Origin: Pseudomonadota bacterium
GTDB taxonomy: Archaea; Thermoplasmatota; SW-10-69-26; JACQPN01; JAJPHT01
Direction of reading: 5' to 3'
DNA: 64,000 bases
NCBI GenBank assembly: GCA_021325135.1
Contig: JAJPHT010000046.1
Coordinates: forward strand, 1 to 64,000
Shown here: piece after piece, positions 60,139-64,000 of the stretch
Position numbering within the stretch: position 1 is the first letter of the stretch
How the letters are laid out: each line of letters opens with the position of its first letter
The notes under the pieces: model-generated
Seen by the model: the letters and a program-made list of their open reading frames with translations, nothing else
What the model was told of the DNA's origin: nothing
Databases searched by the model: none
Program-made: the position numbers and the translations under genes

Positions 60139-60915
60139 TCACGCCTGCACGTGGAACAGCAGCCCCACGCCGTAGGTGATGAGGGCGGCGACCGCACCCA
60201 GGGCCAGCATCTCGAGGCCGCCGCGCCACCAGCGCAGGCCGGCGGTGACGTTCTTGATGGAGCCCGCGGTGAAGAGGCCCGCCAGCGCGAAGGCGGTGGA
60301 GACGGCGAGACCCGTCGTGCGCTCCGTGACGAAGAAGTAGGCCACCAGGGGCAGGAGGGCGCCCACGACGAAGGCGAGCATGACGAGGCCCATGGCGACG
60401 AAGGGGCTGCGGTCGCTCTCCTCGCCCACGCCGAACTCCTCGCGCATCATGAAGTCCACGAAGCGGTCCTCGTCCGCGACGACGTGGTCCGCGATGCGGG
60501 GGACGAGGTCCGCGGGGTAGTCCTTCTTGGCGAGCATGTCGTGGACCTCCTCCTTCTCCAGCTTGGGGTACTTGCGGATGTGCTCGCGCTCGCGCTGCGC
60601 CTCGCTGGCGTAGTACTCGCTCTGGCTCTTGGTGGAGAGGTACTCGCCCAGGCCCATGGAGAGGGCGCCCGCCACCGCCGCCGCCGTGCCCGCGATGGCG
60701 ATCTCGCGCGTGCCCAGCGCGGCGCCCGCGACGCCCGCCGTGATGGCGTACACCGAGACGAGGCCGTCGTTGAAGCCCAGGATCAGGTCGCGCACGTAGT
60801 TGCGCACGGCCGAGTGCTCGTCCGCCTCGCCGTGGGGCGCGTTGAGCCGGCTGCGCGGCACCGTCTTGTGCGTCGCCTGCAGCTCGGGCAGCGTGCGGGG
60901 CTCCTTCTTGGGCAC
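60139..60915 (-). CDS. VIT1/CCC1 family iron/manganese transporter
   Basis: ILGFNDGLVS, AGALSMGLGEYLS, multiple TM segments. Confidence 0.9.
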   Translation of the reverse strand: MPKKEPRTLPELQATHKTVPRSRLNAPHGEADEHSAVRNYVRDLILGFNDGLVSVYAITAGVAGAALGTREIAIAGTAAAVAGALSMGLGEYLSTKSQSEYYASEAQREREHIRKYPKLEKEEVHDMLAKKDYPADLVPRIADHVVADEDRFVDFMMREEFGVGEESDRSPFVAMGLVMLAFVVGALLPLVAYFFVTERTTGLAVSTAFALAGLFTAGSIKNVTAGLRWWRGGLEMLALGAVAALITYGVGLLFHVQA

Positions 60916-61031
60916 GCCGCCGCGATGGCGGGGCGGGGGTAAGACGCTTGGGTCCCGAGGGGCCCCCGGTCCCCAGGGGCCCAGGTCCGAAACCGGCCAA
61001 CAGGAAGCCTGGGAGCGCGGTCAAGCCCTCG

Positions 61032-61223
61032 ATGGACGACCTCACCCCCGAGGCCCGGGCGCGCAGGCTGCTGCGCGAGGCGCAGGCGGACTACGACCAT
61101 GCGCGCCATTCCGCCCGAGAGATGGGCCTTCCGCCCGACGAGAGCGAGGCCCGCGTGCGCGACGCGGCGACGCGGCTGCACGAGGCGGCGCGGGCGCTGC
61201 GCGAGGCCCGGCGGCGCTCGTAG
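61032..61223 (+). CDS. small helical hypothetical protein
   Basis: MDDLTPEARARRLL..., fills the gap between VIT1 and gyrA. Confidence 0.45.
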   Translation: MDDLTPEARARRLLREAQADYDHARHSAREMGLPPDESEARVRDAATRLHEAARALREARRRS

Positions 61224-61228
61224 GCCGC

Positions 61229-63829
61229 CTACTCGTCCTCGGGCTCGTCGCTGCGCCGCGGCGCGTCGCCTTCCTGGGGGAGCGTGTCGATGGGCACGTG
61301 CCGCAGCGCCTCCTCGGTCGCGCGGACCTCCTCGCGCTCGACCTCGGCGGGGATGTCGTCCTTGGCGAGGCGCGCGAGGGCCATGACCTTGTCGCCCTCG
61401 TCGAGGCGCATGATGCGGTTGCCCTGCACGTTGCGGCCCAGCACGCTCACGGTGCTCACGGGGAGGCGGATCACCATGCCGCGCGTCGAGGTGACGATGA
61501 CCTCGTCGTCGTCCTTGACCTCGCGCACCGCGACGACCTTGCCGTTGCGGGTGGTGGTCTGGATGGTGATGATGCCGCTGCCGCCGCGCCCCTGGAGGCG
61601 GTACTCCGGGATGGGCGTGCGCTTGCCGTAGCCGTTCTCGGTGACGGTGAGCAATTGGCCGTTCTTGTCGTGGACGATGGCCAGCGAGACGACCTCGTCG
61701 TCCCCTTCGAGGCTGACGCCTCGCACGCCGGTCGCGGGGCGGCCCATGGGGCGCACGTCGGCCTCGTGGAAGCGGATGCTGGTGCCGTGGCTCTTGGCGA
61801 GGATGATCTCGTCGTCGCCTCCGGTGACGCCCACGCCGATCAGCTCGTCGCCCTCGTCCATGCCCACGGCGATGATGCCGGTGACGCGGGGGCGCGAGTA
61901 TTCCGCGAGGGCGGTCTTCTTGACGGTGCCCTTCCGGGTGGCGAAGAAGAGGAACTTGTCCTCCGCGAACGCCTTCACGGGCAGCGCGGCCTGGATCTTC
62001 TCGCCGGGCGCCAGCCCTTCGAGGAGGTTCACGATGGCCTTGCCTTTGCTTTGCCGGTTGCCTTCGGGGATGTCGTAGCCCTTCAGCCAGTAGACGCGGC
62101 CCGTGTTGGTGAAGAAGAGGACGTACTGGTGCGTCGTCGTGGGGAAGAGGTCCACGACGAAGTCCGTCTCCTTGGTCTCCATGCCCACGAGCCCCTTGCC
62201 GCCGCGGCGCTGCGTGCGGTACGCGTCCACGGGGATGCGCTTGATGTAGCCGTCGTTGGTGATGAGGATGACGACGTGCTCGTCGGGGACGAGGTCCTCC
62301 ATGCTGATCTCGCCCGCGGCCTCGACGATCTGCGTGCGGCGCTCGTCGCCGAACGTCTCGGCAAGCTCGTCCAGCTCGCGCACGATGATCTTGAGCACCT
62401 CGTCGCGGCTGGCGAGGATCTCCTCATAGCGGCGGATCTTGCCCGAAAGCTCGACGATCTCGTCCTTGAGCGCCTGCGTCTCCAGGCCCGTGAGCTTGCT
62501 GAGGCGCAGCTCCAGGATGGCCTTGGCCTGCACCTCGTCGAGGCGCCCCGCCTCGATGGGCGGGAACCCGGGCACCTGGATGGCGGCGAAGTCCATCTGC
62601 ATGAGGGAGGCGCGCGCCTCCTCGGAGTCGCGGCTCTGCCGGATGCGGTGGATGACCTCGTCGACGTTGCTCACGGCGCGCAGCAGGCCGCCCACGACGT
62701 GGGCGCGCTCCTGGGCCTTGCGCAGGTCGAAGGCGGTGCGGCGGCGCACGACCTCCTCGCGATGCTTGAGGTAGTTCTCGAAGAAGCCTGGGAGCGTGAG
62801 CACGCGGGGCTGGTTGTCCACCAGCGCCAGGTTGAGGACGCCGAAGGAGGTCTCCATCTGCGTCGTCTTGTAGAGGTTGTTGAGCACGACGTCGGGGATG
62901 GCGTCGCGCTTCAGCTCGATGACGATGCGCATGCCGTCGCGGTCGCTCTCGTCGCGCAGGTCGCTGATGCCATCGATCTTCTTCTCCTTCACGAGGTCCG
63001 CGATGCTGGAGAGAAGATTGCTCTTGTTGACCATGTAGGGGATCTCGGTGACGATGATCCGGTGGCGGTCCTTCTTCTCCTCCATCTCGGCCTTCGCGCG
63101 GACCTTGATCACGCCGCGGCCCGTGGAGTACGCGTCCACGATGCCCTGGCGCCCGTAGATGCTTCCGCCGGTGGGGAAGTCGGGGCCCGGCATGACCTTG
63201 AGGAACTCCGCGATGGGCGTGTTGGGGTCGGCGACGTAGAGCTTCAGCGCGGTCGCGACCTCGCGCAGGTTGTGGGGCGGGATGTTGGTCGCCATGCCCA
63301 CCGCGATGCCGCTGCTGCCATTGACCAGGAGGTTGGGGAGCTTCGCCGGCATGACGCTGGGCTCCTTGCGGGAGGCGTCGTAGTTGTCGACGAAGTCGAC
63401 CGTCTCGCGGTCGATGTCCTCCAGCATCTCCATGGCGATCTTGCTGAGGCGGCACTCGGTGTAGCGCATGGCCGCCGCGCCGTCGCCGTCCACGCTTCCG
63501 AAGTTGCCCTGGCCGTCGATGAGCTCGTAGCGCAGCGAGAAGTCCTGCGCCATGCGCACCAGCGAGTCGTAGACCGCGGTGTCGCCGTGGGGGTGGTACT
63601 TGCCCAGCACCTCGCCCACCACCAGCGCGCTCTTGCGGTAGGCCTTGTCGGGCGAGAGGCCCAATTCCCCCATGGCGTAGAGGATGCGGCGGTGGACGGG
63701 CTTCAGCCCATCCCGCACGTCGGGCAGCGCGCGCCCGACGATGACGCTCATGGCGTAGTCGATGTAGCTCGTGCGCATCTCATCGCTGAGGGGGCGCTCG
63801 ACGACGGTTCCGTGGTTCTCCATGCCCAT
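61229..63829 (-). CDS. gyrA: DNA gyrase subunit A
   Basis: [28 protein letters not shown], GyrA-box QRRGGKG. Confidence 0.98.
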   Translation of the reverse strand: MGMENHGTVVERPLSDEMRTSYIDYAMSVIVGRALPDVRDGLKPVHRRILYAMGELGLSPDKAYRKSALVVGEVLGKYHPHGDTAVYDSLVRMAQDFSLRYELIDGQGNFGSVDGDGAAAMRYTECRLSKIAMEMLEDIDRETVDFVDNYDASRKEPSVMPAKLPNLLVNGSSGIAVGMATNIPPHNLREVATALKLYVADPNTPIAEFLKVMPGPDFPTGGSIYGRQGIVDAYSTGRGVIKVRAKAEMEEKKDRHRIIVTEIPYMVNKSNLLSSIADLVKEKKIDGISDLRDESDRDGMRIVIELKRDAIPDVVLNNLYKTTQMETSFGVLNLALVDNQPRVLTLPGFFENYLKHREEVVRRRTAFDLRKAQERAHVVGGLLRAVSNVDEVIHRIRQSRDSEEARASLMQMDFAAIQVPGFPPIEAGRLDEVQAKAILELRLSKLTGLETQALKDEIVELSGKIRRYEEILASRDEVLKIIVRELDELAETFGDERRTQIVEAAGEISMEDLVPDEHVVILITNDGYIKRIPVDAYRTQRRGGKGLVGMETKETDFVVDLFPTTTHQYVLFFTNTGRVYWLKGYDIPEGNRQSKGKAIVNLLEGLAPGEKIQAALPVKAFAEDKFLFFATRKGTVKKTALAEYSRPRVTGIIAVGMDEGDELIGVGVTGGDDEIILAKSHGTSIRFHEADVRPMGRPATGVRGVSLEGDDEVVSLAIVHDKNGQLLTVTENGYGKRTPIPEYRLQGRGGSGIITIQTTTRNGKVVAVREVKDDDEVIVTSTRGMVIRLPVSTVSVLGRNVQGNRIMRLDEGDKVMALARLAKDDIPAEVEREEVRATEEALRHVPIDTLPQEGDAPRRSDEPEDE

Positions 63830-63835
63830 TCCCCC

Positions 63836-64000
63836 TTACACGTCGATGTTCTTGGCGTTGCGCGCCTGCTCCATGATGAAGTCCCTGCGCGGCTCGACCG
63901 CGTCCCCCATGAGGACGTCGAAGAGCGCGGAAGCCCCCGCGGCGTCGTCCACGCTGACGCGCGCCAGCGTGCGGGTCTCGGGGTCCATGGTGGTTTCCCA
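63836..64000 (-). CDS. gyrB: DNA gyrase subunit B, C-terminus (partial)
   Basis: [35 protein letters not shown]-stop immediately upstream of gyrA. Confidence 0.95.
   Translation of the reverse strand, partial: WETTMDPETRTLARVSVDDAAGASALFDVLMGDAVEPRRDFIMEQARNAKNIDV

Overview
A 64-kb chromosomal segment of a very GC-rich archaeon. Archaeal markers are ribosomal protein L37e, the aroA'/aroB' shikimate entry, a GHMP-type shikimate kinase, a PolB2 cassette and TATA-like promoters. Bacterial-type gyrA/gyrB and uvrC make Thermoplasmatota a plausible assignment (inference). Most genes are housekeeping: a 9-gene aromatic amino acid cluster that includes lysC and asd, carA and carB separated by about 24 kb, pyrC, a frameshifted citrate synthase, hutH, queC, a proline/sarcosine-dehydrogenase-like complex and gyrase. 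Accessory content includes four BNR/Asp-box lipoproteins, several secreted Cys-rich proteins, a low-GC MTase + NotI-family restriction island and a DNA-damage cluster (SprT, KTSC, PolB2 triad, UvrC). The most unusual signals read directly from the DNA are: (i) a modular family of transposase-free palindromic elements (REP/REPIN/MITE-like), with a remnant at the edge of the restriction island, plus two related hairpins lying in-frame inside coding sequences; (ii) a conserved, identically spaced ~45-bp upstream motif shared by carA and carB; (iii) an exported FKBP/SlyD-Ig-like-cytochrome b-like fusion next to a membrane protein/wHTH pair; (iv) a probable CTG start codon. No rRNA, tRNA, CRISPR array or transposase was recognised. 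All family calls come from motif recognition by eye; no database searches were run.
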